From the sequence record NC_048186.1: DNA of 64,000 nt; one strand, given 5' to 3'. The notes beneath the pieces were generated by a model that worked only from the letters and a program-made list of their open reading frames with translations, ran no database searches and was not told the DNA's origin. Both the position numbers and the translations under genes were made by a program. This DNA is from Escherichia phage vB_EcoM_KWBSE43-6. Numbering within the stretch: the first letter of the stretch is position 1; each line of letters starts with the position of its first letter. This document shows, in pieces, positions 19,867-29,486 of this stretch.

Positions 19867-20565
19867 ATGAGACCTTTTCAGAATTATTTTTACCATGGTT
19901 CACTCCTGAAATATATCCATGTGTTCAACGCTATTATGTCTGACGTTCAGGTGAAAACTGAGCGCGGTCTTATGAAAGTCCCGTTACACATGGCTATTGG
20001 TCGTCGTAATGACCTGAACCGAAATGTCCCAGCGAATGCATTACCATTTGCGACGATGTCTTTCGGTCAATTTGAAATCAATAAACAGGTAACGAATTCG
20101 TATCACAACAAATTGGCGACTAATACTGCGACGTCTAAGCAACGAATTCCAATCATCATCGACTTTGAATACAATGTGCGTACAAAGAAGATGAATGAAA
20201 TGCTTCAGATCCTCGAACAGATTTATTCTGTTTACACTCCTTCAATAGATTGCCAGATAAAGGACAACGAAACGCTCAAGCAGGATCAGGTTGTGAAGAT
20301 CCAATTGATGAGCCATACGATGTCAGATAACTGGGAAGGGGATGCTGCTGAATCTCCTCATGTCGATTGTAATTTCATGTTTCAGCTTCATGGTGCTATC
20401 TATGGCTGGGATTATTGGGTTGATGACGGTTCCGGTACTGGTGATCCAAACGTTATCAAGGAAATAATTATCGAAATGTCTACTGATTTGAATACACCGT
20501 GGACGGAATTGCCTCTTTGGTTTACTGTTGACAAAGACGGCGTCCACCATCCAGAGGATGATTGA
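19867..20565 (+). CDS. gp15: tail sheath stabilizer / tail completion protein gp15
   Basis: N-terminus FYHGSLLKYIHVFNAIMSDVQVKTERG...KVPL matches T4 gp15 pattern as remembered; synteny. Confidence 0.8.
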   Translation: MRPFQNYFYHGSLLKYIHVFNAIMSDVQVKTERGLMKVPLHMAIGRRNDLNRNVPANALPFATMSFGQFEINKQVTNSYHNKLATNTATSKQRIPIIIDFEYNVRTKKMNEMLQILEQIYSVYTPSIDCQIKDNETLKQDQVVKIQLMSHTMSDNWEGDAAESPHVDCNFMFQLHGAIYGWDYWVDDGSGTGDPNVIKEIIIEMSTDLNTPWTELPLWFTVDKDGVHHPEDD

Positions 20566-20567
20566 TT

Positions 20568-21254
20568 ATGTCTAATATGTCGGAACGTTTGTTACAGACC
20601 TTAGATGCTGTCTCAGCACGAGATGAGGTTGCTCAAGATGCGATGAAGAAAACCGCATTGAAGCCCGGTGTTGATTATGATGAAGAAACGGGGGAGTGGT
20701 TAGGTGATCCCCCGGAAGGGTATCAAGGATTCGAGATGCCACCATCATTGTCTGAAGTCGCATCAAAAGAATCAAAAGTTCCTGAATACGAGGACACTGA
20801 CGCCACGACTGACTACAAACGTATTCGTGACACCACATATGCTATGCAAGAAGCCACGATGTTCATGATGGGCAAGGCCGCTGAACTCGCCGCTTCTACA
20901 GAGGCTCCTCGTGCATTCAGCGTCTTCCGCGAGCTGGGTGAACTCATGCGTGGTCTCAATAAAGACTTGATGGAAAACCAGAAAACCATCAAGGATGTTA
21001 CTCGCGACAAAGAACCGCCGGGACAGACCACCGTTGAGGTTTCTGAAGATGAAAATGGAACGACTACAGTCAAAGTCGGTAAGACTGCTCGTTCGTCCAG
21101 AGATCTTCTCCAGATGATTGAGAAAGTTCGACGTGATGCCGAAGCCAATCGAAATTCTCGCGTCAACCCCGATGAAGAAGTAATTGACGTCGCGGAAGAA
21201 CCAAAACAGGAAGATAAGTCAGAGGGCGAGGACAATGGCGTATCCGAAGCGTGA
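20568..21254 (+). CDS. gp16: terminase small subunit gp16
   Basis: ATG 20568; central region MFMMGKAAELAASTEAPRAFSVFRELGELMRGLNKDLMENQKTIKDVT resembles T4 gp16; directly upstream of large terminase. Confidence 0.75.
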   Translation: MSNMSERLLQTLDAVSARDEVAQDAMKKTALKPGVDYDEETGEWLGDPPEGYQGFEMPPSLSEVASKESKVPEYEDTDATTDYKRIRDTTYAMQEATMFMMGKAAELAASTEAPRAFSVFRELGELMRGLNKDLMENQKTIKDVTRDKEPPGQTTVEVSEDENGTTTVKVGKTARSSRDLLQMIEKVRRDAEANRNSRVNPDEEVIDVAEEPKQEDKSEGEDNGVSEA

Positions 21255-23445
21255 AGTCGAATATGCCCCGGTCAAGACGGGGTTTAAAATTGAAGACGTC
21301 AAATTGCGTATGGACCAAACGTTCATGCGCAAGCCGACTGTGCGTGCTCCTCGTGTTGAATTAGTCCTTACTGATGAGCAAGAAGATGAATATGTCAAGT
21401 GTGCCATGGACGCACACTATTTCGCTGCGAACTATTACAAGATCACCACTATCGACCACGGCTTCATCTTGTTCGATATGCATGATTATCAGAAGCAATT
21501 GTTCCATGATTTCCAGGATCATCGATTCAATGCTGTCGTACAGGCTCGTCAGTCTGGTAAATGTGTTCGGGGCGACTCTGAAGTTTATGTTTACGATACT
21601 CTCAGCCAGGAAGAGTTCTCTATCACCATAGAGGAGCTTCACAGCCGCTTCGAGGACGTTAACCATGCAGAGCCGTTGAATACCATTGGCAAACACAATA
21701 AGTTCGTAGATAGCCGCTTCGGCAAACGATACTTTGTGAAGTCTGATAGTGGTTGGGTTCCTGTAATAGCAGCACACAAGACAAAAGAATATGCAGAATA
21801 TGTGGTAAAAACTGAAAGTGGTCGGACGATTCATGTCGCGGACGAACATCTATTCTTTAATGAATATAATAGTGAGGTTTTCGCCAAAGATCTGGAAGCC
21901 GGGGATGCCATCATGACGCAAGATGGCCTTGAATGTATTTCTGAAATTTGGGAAACCGGCGAATCTCACCACATGTTTGACCTCCAGGTGAAATCATCTG
22001 AGCAGCGTTATTACACCAATGGGTTCCTGAGCCATAATACGACAGTGGTGGCGGCATTTCTCCTCTGGTACGCGATGTTCAACTCTGACAAAGAGATCGC
22101 GGTTCTTGCGAACAAAGAGAAACAGGCTATTGAAATCCTGGATCGTATTCGTAAAGCATATCAGGACATGCCATTCTTCGTCCAGCAAGGTTGTGAGAAA
22201 TTTGGTTCAACCCTGATTGAATTCGAGAACGGTTCGAAGATCTTTGCATACGCGACTTCCTCGGACTCCATCCGTGGTCGTTCTGTATCTCTCCTGTATG
22301 TGGACGAAGTCGCATTCATCGAAAACGACTTTGAATTCTGGGAATCAACTTTCCCGGCGATCGCCCAGGCAGAGACTTCGAAGTGTATCCTCACCAGTAC
22401 ACCAAAAGGTCAGCGCGGGCTGTTTTACGACATCGTCACGAAGGCGAACCCAGAACATCCTCAATACAACGACTTCAATCTTACGGAAGTTCCTTGGTAC
22501 AGGGTTCCGGCGTACACCAAAGACCCGAATTGGGAATCCAAACAACGTGCCAAACTTGGCGACGCTCGTTTCGATCAGGAATTCGGTATCAAGTTCCGTG
22601 GTTCTGTCGGTTCATTAATACCGTCGAAATGTCTGGACAAGATGACATCCAAGTTGTATCAGGAGCCGAATGAGTTCACCAAAATCTACAAACCCTTTGA
22701 CAAAACCAGAACATATTTTGGTATTGCGGATACAGGCAAAGGGGTTGAGGGGGACTACTCTGTGCTGACCATATTGGACATCACGGAATATCCTCATACG
22801 ATTGCAGCCAAATACCGGAACAACACGATACCGCCGATGATGTATGCATACACGATTGCCGATATGTGTACTCAATACGGTGAATGCCCTGTGCTTGTAG
22901 AGACCAACAATGATGTTGGTGGCCAGGTGATCACAATCCTGTATCAAGAAATTGAATATCCGGAAATCGTGTTTACATCAACGGACAATAAGGGTACTGG
23001 TAAGAAGATCGGCGGTCGTCGTCCTGAACCAGGGATCAACACCAACAAGAAAGTTCGCTCTATCGGTTGTGCTAACCTGAAAGCACTTATCGAAAGAGAG
23101 ATGTTGGTAATCGAAGACCAGGATACGATTGATGAACTGAGTACGTTCGTGTTTACTGGGACCCGCTATGAGGCCGATCAGGGTTGTCATGACGACTGCG
23201 TTATGCCACTTGTTTTATATTCATGGGCTGTAAAACAGGAATGGTTCAGTGATTTAACTGATACCAGCATTTCTCGAGATATGCGCGGTCGTATGAATGC
23301 GATGGAGCAACACCAAGTCCTCCCGTTTGGGGGCAAATTTACTGGTGATACCCCTCATGAAGTACAGCATATGCCGGGCTTTGGGGGTGTGAATGTATTT
23401 GATGAACGTTCTGGGATGTCAATGGAAGAGTGGTTCAAGAACTGA
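21235..23445 (+). CDS. gp17: terminase large subunit gp17, intein-containing precursor
   Basis: ATG 21235; extein sequence reconstitutes Walker A QARQSGK-TTVVAAFLL (T4: SRQLGKTTVVAIF); downstream ATPase and nuclease regions match T4 gp17. Confidence 0.9.
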   Translation: MAYPKREVEYAPVKTGFKIEDVKLRMDQTFMRKPTVRAPRVELVLTDEQEDEYVKCAMDAHYFAANYYKITTIDHGFILFDMHDYQKQLFHDFQDHRFNAVVQARQSGKCVRGDSEVYVYDTLSQEEFSITIEELHSRFEDVNHAEPLNTIGKHNKFVDSRFGKRYFVKSDSGWVPVIAAHKTKEYAEYVVKTESGRTIHVADEHLFFNEYNSEVFAKDLEAGDAIMTQDGLECISEIWETGESHHMFDLQVKSSEQRYYTNGFLSHNTTVVAAFLLWYAMFNSDKEIAVLANKEKQAIEILDRIRKAYQDMPFFVQQGCEKFGSTLIEFENGSKIFAYATSSDSIRGRSVSLLYVDEVAFIENDFEFWESTFPAIAQAETSKCILTSTPKGQRGLFYDIVTKANPEHPQYNDFNLTEVPWYRVPAYTKDPNWESKQRAKLGDARFDQEFGIKFRGSVGSLIPSKCLDKMTSKLYQEPNEFTKIYKPFDKTRTYFGIADTGKGVEGDYSVLTILDITEYPHTIAAKYRNNTIPPMMYAYTIADMCTQYGECPVLVETNNDVGGQVITILYQEIEYPEIVFTSTDNKGTGKKIGGRRPEPGINTNKKVRSIGCANLKALIEREMLVIEDQDTIDELSTFVFTGTRYEADQGCHDDCVMPLVLYSWAVKQEWFSDLTDTSISRDMRGRMNAMEQHQVLPFGGKFTGDTPHEVQHMPGFGGVNVFDERSGMSMEEWFKN
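21562..22038 (+). mobile_element. mini-intein (159 aa) inserted in terminase Walker A P-loop
   Basis: Begins Cys (TGT 21562), ends His-Asn (AAT 22036-22038), +1 residue Thr; block A CVRGDSEVYV and block F/G FDLQV...NGFLSHN recognisable; no homing endonuclease domain. Confidence 0.8.
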
Positions 23446-23448
23446 TCA

Positions 23449-23455
23449 CTAAATA
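23449..23455 (+). promoter_or_regulatory. late-promoter-like box CTAAATA
   Basis: CACTAAATATC 43 nt upstream of ATG 23498. Confidence 0.4.
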
Positions 23456-23497
23456 TCTTTCAAATTGAGCGAAACTCTACCGAGAAGGAATAATATT

Positions 23498-25393
23498 ATG
23501 GCAACTACAAGCTTCAGCGTTGCGCCGTCTGTACAGTGGACCGAGCGCGATGCCACGCTTCAGACATCTCCGTCCGTTGTTGTTCAGGGCGCGTCTGCTG
23601 GTAAATTCCAATGGGGTGAAGTAGAATTGCCCGTGTTGGTTACTAGCGGTGAGACTGGTCTGGTGAAGAAATTCTTCAAACCGAATGATGATACTGCAAT
23701 CGACTTTCTGGTCATCGCTGACTTTTTGTCGTACAGTTCTGCTGCATGGGTGACCCGTATCGTCGGCCCTACTGCCAAGAACGCCGTGACTAAAGGTCAG
23801 AGCGCTATCCTCATCAAAAACAAACTGGACTTTGAGACCGCAAGTCCTTCGGCTTCTATCACGTGGACTGGTCGTTATCCCGGTTCCCTGGGCAACGATA
23901 TTGCCGTTAACATCTGTGATGCAGCGTCATTCCCAACCTGGGAATTCCGTAACAACTTCGCCTATGCTCCTCAGGCTGGTGAATTCCACGTTGTTGTTGT
24001 GGATAAAGTTGGCCGTATCACCGATTCTTCCGGCGCTGTCGGTCAGGTTGATCGTATTTCTATTTCTGGTACTGCTACCGCCGCTGGCGCCATCACAGTA
24101 GCAGGTGAATCTGTTGCGTACCTGCAGACGGATACCCCAGCAACTCTGGCGGCTAAAATCGGCCTGGAGATGGAAGCACTGACTGATGTTTATTCGAGCG
24201 TTGTTGTGAAATCGAATACCGTCATTCTGACCCACAAAGCTATCGGCCCGCAGCCTGTTACCACCGTGGTTCCTGATGCCAATGGTCTGACTGGGACTGC
24301 GATCATCACCACTGTTGGCGCATCCGGTACGATCATTGAGAAATATGAACTGATGCAGAATACCCAGGGTTCTAAAAAATCCGACGGCGCGAACGCATAT
24401 TTCAAAGATGTTATCAACAATACTTCGAATTGGGTTTACACCTTCACTAATGCCCTGGCGGCAGGTGTAGTTGAACTCGAAGGTGGTGTTGATGATTACG
24501 ACGTCAACCGTGTCGCTGCTATCGAAGCCCTGAACAACGCCGAAGCATACGATGCCAAACCTGTGTTTGCATACTGCGAAGAGCTGATTGAACAGCAGGC
24601 GATCATCGATCTGTCGACTAACCGTAAAGACACAGTGTCCTTCGTGTCGCCGCTGCGTGATGTTGTAGTCGGCAACCGTGGTCGTGAAATGGATGATGTT
24701 GTGGCTTGGCGTGAAAGCCTGGTGCGCGATTCTTCCTATTTCTTTATGGATGACAACTGGGCATACGTTTACGACAAGTACAACGACAAAATGCGCTGGA
24801 TCCCGGCGTGTGGTGGTACTGCAGGTCTGTGGGCGCGTACTATTGAGATTGCTGGTATCTATAAGTCCCCGGCGTTCCATAACCGTGGCAAATACAACAA
24901 CTACAATCGTATGGCATGGTCCGCGTCTTCTGATGAACGTGCTGTGCTGTATCGCAACCAGATCAACAGCATCGTCACCTTCTCCACAGAAGGCATCGTG
25001 CTGTACGGTGATAAGACTGGCCTGACCCGCCCGTCAGCGTTCGATCGCATTAACGTGCGCGGCCTGTTCATCATGGCTGAACAAAACATCGCTGCCATCG
25101 CCAAATACTATCTTGGTGAAAACAACGATGCGTTCACTCGCAGCCTGTTTAGCAACGCCGTTCGTCCTTATATTCGCCAGCTGGCCAACATGGGCGCGAT
25201 TTATGACGGTAAAGTGAAGTGCGACGAAGACAATAACCCGGCTGAAGTTATTGCTGCCAACCAGATGGTTGCTGGTATCTGGCTGAAACCAGAATACAGC
25301 ATTAACTGGATTTATTTGGATTTTGCTGCCGTTCGTCCGGACATGGAATTCTCGGAAATCGAATCCGGCGGCGGTATTGTCGCAGCGTCATAA
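23498..25393 (+). CDS. gp18: tail sheath protein gp18
   Basis: ATG 23498; GKFQWG motif and overall similarity to T4 gp18. Confidence 0.9.
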   Translation: MATTSFSVAPSVQWTERDATLQTSPSVVVQGASAGKFQWGEVELPVLVTSGETGLVKKFFKPNDDTAIDFLVIADFLSYSSAAWVTRIVGPTAKNAVTKGQSAILIKNKLDFETASPSASITWTGRYPGSLGNDIAVNICDAASFPTWEFRNNFAYAPQAGEFHVVVVDKVGRITDSSGAVGQVDRISISGTATAAGAITVAGESVAYLQTDTPATLAAKIGLEMEALTDVYSSVVVKSNTVILTHKAIGPQPVTTVVPDANGLTGTAIITTVGASGTIIEKYELMQNTQGSKKSDGANAYFKDVINNTSNWVYTFTNALAAGVVELEGGVDDYDVNRVAAIEALNNAEAYDAKPVFAYCEELIEQQAIIDLSTNRKDTVSFVSPLRDVVVGNRGREMDDVVAWRESLVRDSSYFFMDDNWAYVYDKYNDKMRWIPACGGTAGLWARTIEIAGIYKSPAFHNRGKYNNYNRMAWSASSDERAVLYRNQINSIVTFSTEGIVLYGDKTGLTRPSAFDRINVRGLFIMAEQNIAAIAKYYLGENNDAFTRSLFSNAVRPYIRQLANMGAIYDGKVKCDEDNNPAEVIAANQMVAGIWLKPEYSINWIYLDFAAVRPDMEFSEIESGGGIVAAS

Positions 25394-25399
25394 GACACC

Positions 25400-25423
25400 A
25401 AACCCCGCTTCGGCGGGGTTTTA
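25400..25423 (+). terminator. rho-independent terminator
   Basis: AAACCCCGC ttcg GCGGGGTTT. Confidence 0.6.
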
Positions 25424-25461
25424 CTTCGGGGTAAATAATATCGGCAACCCGGAGATTTGAA

Positions 25462-25917
25462 ATGATATTTGCATACAAAATTGAAATGATATCTAACAAC
25501 AAGGTCTACATCGGTGTGACCAATGATCCGCAAAGGCGATATGAGCAACATTTGGCCAATGCATTTCAATATAATGTTGAAAGTGAATTGTATGATGCCA
25601 TGCGCAAATATGGGGCTTCCGCTTTTACTTTCGTGATTATTGCTCAAACCGATGAAGTCCACAAATGGGAATTGGAAAAGCAATTAATTGCTCAATACGA
25701 TTCTTATGAATTGGGCTACAACATGAATAAAGGCGGTAACGATGGAAGTCATCTGGTTGGTAAAGCTGCTGCTAAATTGACCTCCACTGGAGAACATATT
25801 GGTATGGTCTCATTAATTGATCCACGTTGGGATCTCTGTGAGATTGAACCAGTACGGAACAATGTTGATCATGGCTTTGATCTCAGTAAATTGACGATCA
25901 AAAGATTAACAGACTAA
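25462..25917 (+). CDS. GIY-YIG endonuclease (free-standing homing endonuclease-like), 151 aa
   Basis: YKIEMISNNKVYIGVTNDPQRRYEQH aligns with I-TevI GIY-YIG catalytic core; conserved R, E and N (GYNMNKGG) present; inserted between sheath and tube genes. Confidence 0.8.
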   Translation: MIFAYKIEMISNNKVYIGVTNDPQRRYEQHLANAFQYNVESELYDAMRKYGASAFTFVIIAQTDEVHKWELEKQLIAQYDSYELGYNMNKGGNDGSHLVGKAAAKLTSTGEHIGMVSLIDPRWDLCEIEPVRNNVDHGFDLSKLTIKRLTD

Positions 25918-25951
25918 TTAGAATTGTGTAACTCTTTTTGGAGAATGTATA

Positions 25952-26485
25952 ATGGCTACAGTAAATGAATTTCGCGCGGCCATGTCACGTGGGGGCGGCG
26001 TTCAACGTCAGCACCGCTGGCGTGTGACTGTAAACTTCCCGGCATTCGTAGCGGGTTCTGACACCATTCGTGACGTATCTCTGTTGGCTGTAACAACCAA
26101 CACCCCGACAGGCCAGCTGGGTGAGATTCTCGTTCCGTGGGGTGGCCGTGAACTGCCGTTCCCTGGCGACCGTCGTTTTGAGGCTCTGCCTGTAACGTTT
26201 ATCAACGTTGTGGACAACGCCCCGTACAACGCATTTGAAATCTGGCAGCAGTATATCAACGGCAGCAACAACAACCGTGCGTCTGCTAACGCAGATGATT
26301 ATTTCCGTGACATCATCATGGAACTGCTGGATGCTAACGACAACGTCACCAAGACCTGGACGCTGCAGGGCGGCTGGCCTCAGAACCTCGGTCAGCTGGA
26401 ACTGGATATGTCTGCTATGGACTCCTATACTCAGTTCACTGTTGACCTGCGTTACTTCCAGGCCATTTCGGACAAGTCTCTCTAA
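25952..26485 (+). CDS. gp19: tail tube protein gp19
   Basis: C-terminus WTLQGGWPQNLGQLELDMSAMDSYTQFTVDLRYF matches T4 gp19 as remembered. Confidence 0.85.
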   Translation: MATVNEFRAAMSRGGGVQRQHRWRVTVNFPAFVAGSDTIRDVSLLAVTTNTPTGQLGEILVPWGGRELPFPGDRRFEALPVTFINVVDNAPYNAFEIWQQYINGSNNNRASANADDYFRDIIMELLDANDNVTKTWTLQGGWPQNLGQLELDMSAMDSYTQFTVDLRYFQAISDKSL

Positions 26486-26553
26486 CGTTACACGTGGTGG
26501 GGGAATTTATTTCCCCCTCACTAATTACAAGAAAACGTTGAGGACATATAATC

Positions 26554-28236
26554 ATGGCATACGGCAAAGGTTTCTTTGGTCTGTTCAGCGGCGGCGGTTT
26601 AGTTGACGCCAAAGTTGACACGGACAAATATGTCCAGAGTCAAGAAGAGAAGCTGCTTTCAAAAGCGACTGTTGTAGCTCTGGACGACGCTCAGGATGGT
26701 TCAGTCATCCTCCAGGGCGGGGCCAACACTTACAATTATGTTGGTGTTGAGAGCGAGCTGCTTAATGTCAAACAGCTTGTTGAAGAATATCAGTCCATGG
26801 CTCAGCAGCCTGAAATCCGCAAAGCGGTGGACATCATTATTAACGACGTTGTCACCTGCGAAGAAGATGAAACGCCGGTTACTATCAATCTCGATAAAGT
26901 TGAAGGCATCAGTGAAGATTTGAAAGAACAAATCACAGAATGCTTCAAAGAGATTATGAATTTGCTGGACTTTGACGACACTGCGTATCAGAAGATGCGT
27001 AAATGGTATGTTGAAGGCCGTCAGGCATATCATGTTGTAACTGACCCGACCAAGCCAGGTAACGGCATTCAGAAGCTGGTCATGCTTGATTCTCGTTGCA
27101 TCCGTCCAGTATACGTCGTTGAGAAAACGATGCGAGAAGGCGGCATCGAGGCAATCGAAAAGGTCACTCTCAAGTATTACTACAATCCGAACTACAACCG
27201 CAACCAATTCACTGGTCAATCTGGGACATCTCAGAACTTCCAGCCGTCTCAACAGGAACTGGTATTTGACGAAGAAAGTATCGTCTATGTTGATAGCGGT
27301 GAAGATCCTTTGGCAAATGGTGTTGTTCCCGGTCTGCTGAACCCTGCTATCCGCCCGCTCAACAACCTGGTTACGGTTGAGGATGCGACGGTAATTTACG
27401 CCATCACCCGTGCTCCAGAAAAACGTGCATTCTATCTGGACGTCGGTACTCTCGGTAAGAAATCTGCCGAAGAATACATGACTATGATGATGGGTAAATT
27501 CAAAAACCGTCTGGCGTTTGACCGCAGTACTGGTAAGATTACGGGCAACAGCCATCTGATGGGGATAGCTGAGGACTATTGGTTGCCTCGTCGTGAAGGT
27601 CAGAACGCCACTGAGATTTCAACAGTCGGTGGTGGCGACCAATTAGGACAGATGGACCACGTCAATTACTTCCTTGAAAAACTGTATAGCTCTCTGTTTA
27701 TTCCAAAGAGTCGTATCCAGGAAGAAGGGAGCATCAATATTGGCGGTTCTAATTTGGCTGAGATCACCCAGGAAGAACTGCGGTTCAACAAATTCTGCGC
27801 AGGTTTGCGCCGTCGTTATTCTAAATTCTTCTCTGAATTTTTACGTCGTCAGTTAATTTTGAAAAAGATTACTGACGAACAAGATTGGGTTGAAAAAATT
27901 CAACCGTTCGTTACGTTTGAATTCACCTCAGACAGTTTTATCCGTGAACAGCAAGAAAATGAAATGCTTGCTGGTCGTCTGAGCGCCCTGACCGGGATTG
28001 AGCCTTATATCGGAACATTCTTCTCAATTGATTACGCGATGCGGAACATTATGCGTATGTCTGATGAAGAAATTAAGGCCCAGCAAGAGAAGATCAAAGA
28101 AGAAAAAGATAAAGGAATGTATCCGAAGGTTCAGGCTGATGAGAGTGGTGGATTTAGTGGACAAGATGTTAGCCCGCTGAAATGGCGACCTGAAGTTATC
28201 CCTTTCCAGGGTACACCCGGCGGAGTAGAAGAGTAA
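26554..28236 (+). CDS. gp20: portal vertex protein gp20
   Basis: AVVIYAITRAPEKRAFYLDVG...EDYWLPRREGQ matches T4 gp20. Confidence 0.9.
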   Translation: MAYGKGFFGLFSGGGLVDAKVDTDKYVQSQEEKLLSKATVVALDDAQDGSVILQGGANTYNYVGVESELLNVKQLVEEYQSMAQQPEIRKAVDIIINDVVTCEEDETPVTINLDKVEGISEDLKEQITECFKEIMNLLDFDDTAYQKMRKWYVEGRQAYHVVTDPTKPGNGIQKLVMLDSRCIRPVYVVEKTMREGGIEAIEKVTLKYYYNPNYNRNQFTGQSGTSQNFQPSQQELVFDEESIVYVDSGEDPLANGVVPGLLNPAIRPLNNLVTVEDATVIYAITRAPEKRAFYLDVGTLGKKSAEEYMTMMMGKFKNRLAFDRSTGKITGNSHLMGIAEDYWLPRREGQNATEISTVGGGDQLGQMDHVNYFLEKLYSSLFIPKSRIQEEGSINIGGSNLAEITQEELRFNKFCAGLRRRYSKFFSEFLRRQLILKKITDEQDWVEKIQPFVTFEFTSDSFIREQQENEMLAGRLSALTGIEPYIGTFFSIDYAMRNIMRMSDEEIKAQQEKIKEEKDKGMYPKVQADESGGFSGQDVSPLKWRPEVIPFQGTPGGVEE

Positions 28237-28248
28237 AAATTTTATCAA

Positions 28249-28255
28249 CTAAATA
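28249..28255 (+). promoter_or_regulatory. late-promoter-like box CTAAATA
   Basis: CAACTAAATATAG 28 nt upstream of ATG 28283. Confidence 0.4.
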
Positions 28256-28282
28256 TAGAAAATTAACTTCGGAGATACAATC

Positions 28283-28447
28283 ATGAGCGCGATCGATATT
28301 GTTCGAGCCGTACTGGATGGTGACATCGAAAATGCCACGGCAGAATGTGGTATGGAACTTGATGCCCGCCGTGAAGAACTGATTGCTCAGGGTACAGAAT
28401 ACGTTCTGAATTCCCTGGGTGACGATCTCAGCACTGGCGCGGAATAG
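28283..28447 (+). CDS. small protein, 54 aa (possible gp67-like prohead core protein)
   Basis: ATG 28283 with GGAGA upstream; not in ORF track (<60 aa); position between portal and protease as T4 gene 67. Confidence 0.4.
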   Translation: MSAIDIVRAVLDGDIENATAECGMELDARREELIAQGTEYVLNSLGDDLSTGAE

Positions 28448-28456
28448 GTGATTAAT

Positions 28457-28765
28457 ATGGAAATCAAAGAAATTGCCACGTTCGCTGATTTCCTGGCTTC
28501 CCGCATGGACGAACAGAAAGTCATCGATAAAGTGAACGCAAAAGGTAAACGCCGTCGTCGTTTAAAATGCGCTCCTGGATTCAAACTTTCCGCTGATGGT
28601 TCTCGTTGTGAAGTCATGAACGCCAGCGAGCGTCGTACCCGTAAACTGGGCAACCGGAAAGCCATACGCGCTAAAAAACGTATGGGCCTGGGGTATGAAC
28701 GCAAAGTGGAGCGGCGTAAAAAGAAAGCCATGAAGTTCCGTAAAATGATGGGACTGAGCAAGTAA
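28457..28765 (+). CDS. basic protein, 102 aa (possible gp68-like prohead core / internal protein)
   Basis: ATG 28457; Arg/Lys-rich; synteny with T4 gene 68. Confidence 0.5.
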   Translation: MEIKEIATFADFLASRMDEQKVIDKVNAKGKRRRRLKCAPGFKLSADGSRCEVMNASERRTRKLGNRKAIRAKKRMGLGYERKVERRKKKAMKFRKMMGLSK

Positions 28766-28772
28766 GGAGCAA

Positions 28773-29441
28773 ATGATGAAACTGTTGCGTGAGATCACGG
28801 CGATAGGAAAGGAACTTCAGATCGGGGAAGCGCAAACTTCCACTGGTGGGAAGGCCATGTTCATCGAAGGTCCGTTTGTGATGTGTAACCAGGTTAACCG
28901 CAACGGGCGCAACTACGACCTTGAAAAAGTCGGTCGCCCTGCTGTGGAAGCATATGACCGGGAATACATTCAAGATCGTCGCGCAATCGGTGAACTCAAG
29001 CATCCTGACTATCCATTTCCTGATATCGAACATGCCGCCCTCAAAACCGAGTCACTCGTGTGGCAAGGCAACAATGCAATCGGGCGGGCGCGTATTTTAA
29101 ACACCCCCAAAGGTCAGATCATCCGTGCTCTGGCTGATGCGGACTTCAACCTGGCTGTCTCTACACGTGGCCTGGGTGAGACAGTAGAAGTTAACGGCTA
29201 TGATGACGTCAAGCCGGGCTTCATGCTTACCGCTGTTGATGCTGTCGACCGTCCTTCTGGACAAGTTTGTTATGTAAAAGCGGTTCACGAATCTGTAGAC
29301 TGGCAACTTGATGAATCCTCTGGTATCTGGATGCCTCGGGACATCAAAGGTCAGGTTGTAGACAATCTGGTTAAACACAATAGCCAGCTTGAAGACGACT
29401 TCCTGCGCCGTCTTGATTTAGCTCTTAAAAAATTGGGTTGA
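28773..29441 (+). CDS. gp21: prohead core protease gp21
   Basis: GELKHP, GRARI, STRGLG and TAVDAV motifs parallel T4 gp21. Confidence 0.85.
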   Translation: MMKLLREITAIGKELQIGEAQTSTGGKAMFIEGPFVMCNQVNRNGRNYDLEKVGRPAVEAYDREYIQDRRAIGELKHPDYPFPDIEHAALKTESLVWQGNNAIGRARILNTPKGQIIRALADADFNLAVSTRGLGETVEVNGYDDVKPGFMLTAVDAVDRPSGQVCYVKAVHESVDWQLDESSGIWMPRDIKGQVVDNLVKHNSQLEDDFLRRLDLALKKLG

Positions 29442-29451
29442 TTTCAGCTCA

Positions 29452-29458
29452 CTAAATA
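29452..29458 (+). promoter_or_regulatory. late-promoter-like box CTAAATA
   Basis: CACTAAATACTG 29 nt upstream of ATG 29487. Confidence 0.4.
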
Positions 29459-29486
29459 CTGAAAAATCGTTCAGAAGGAAATTATC

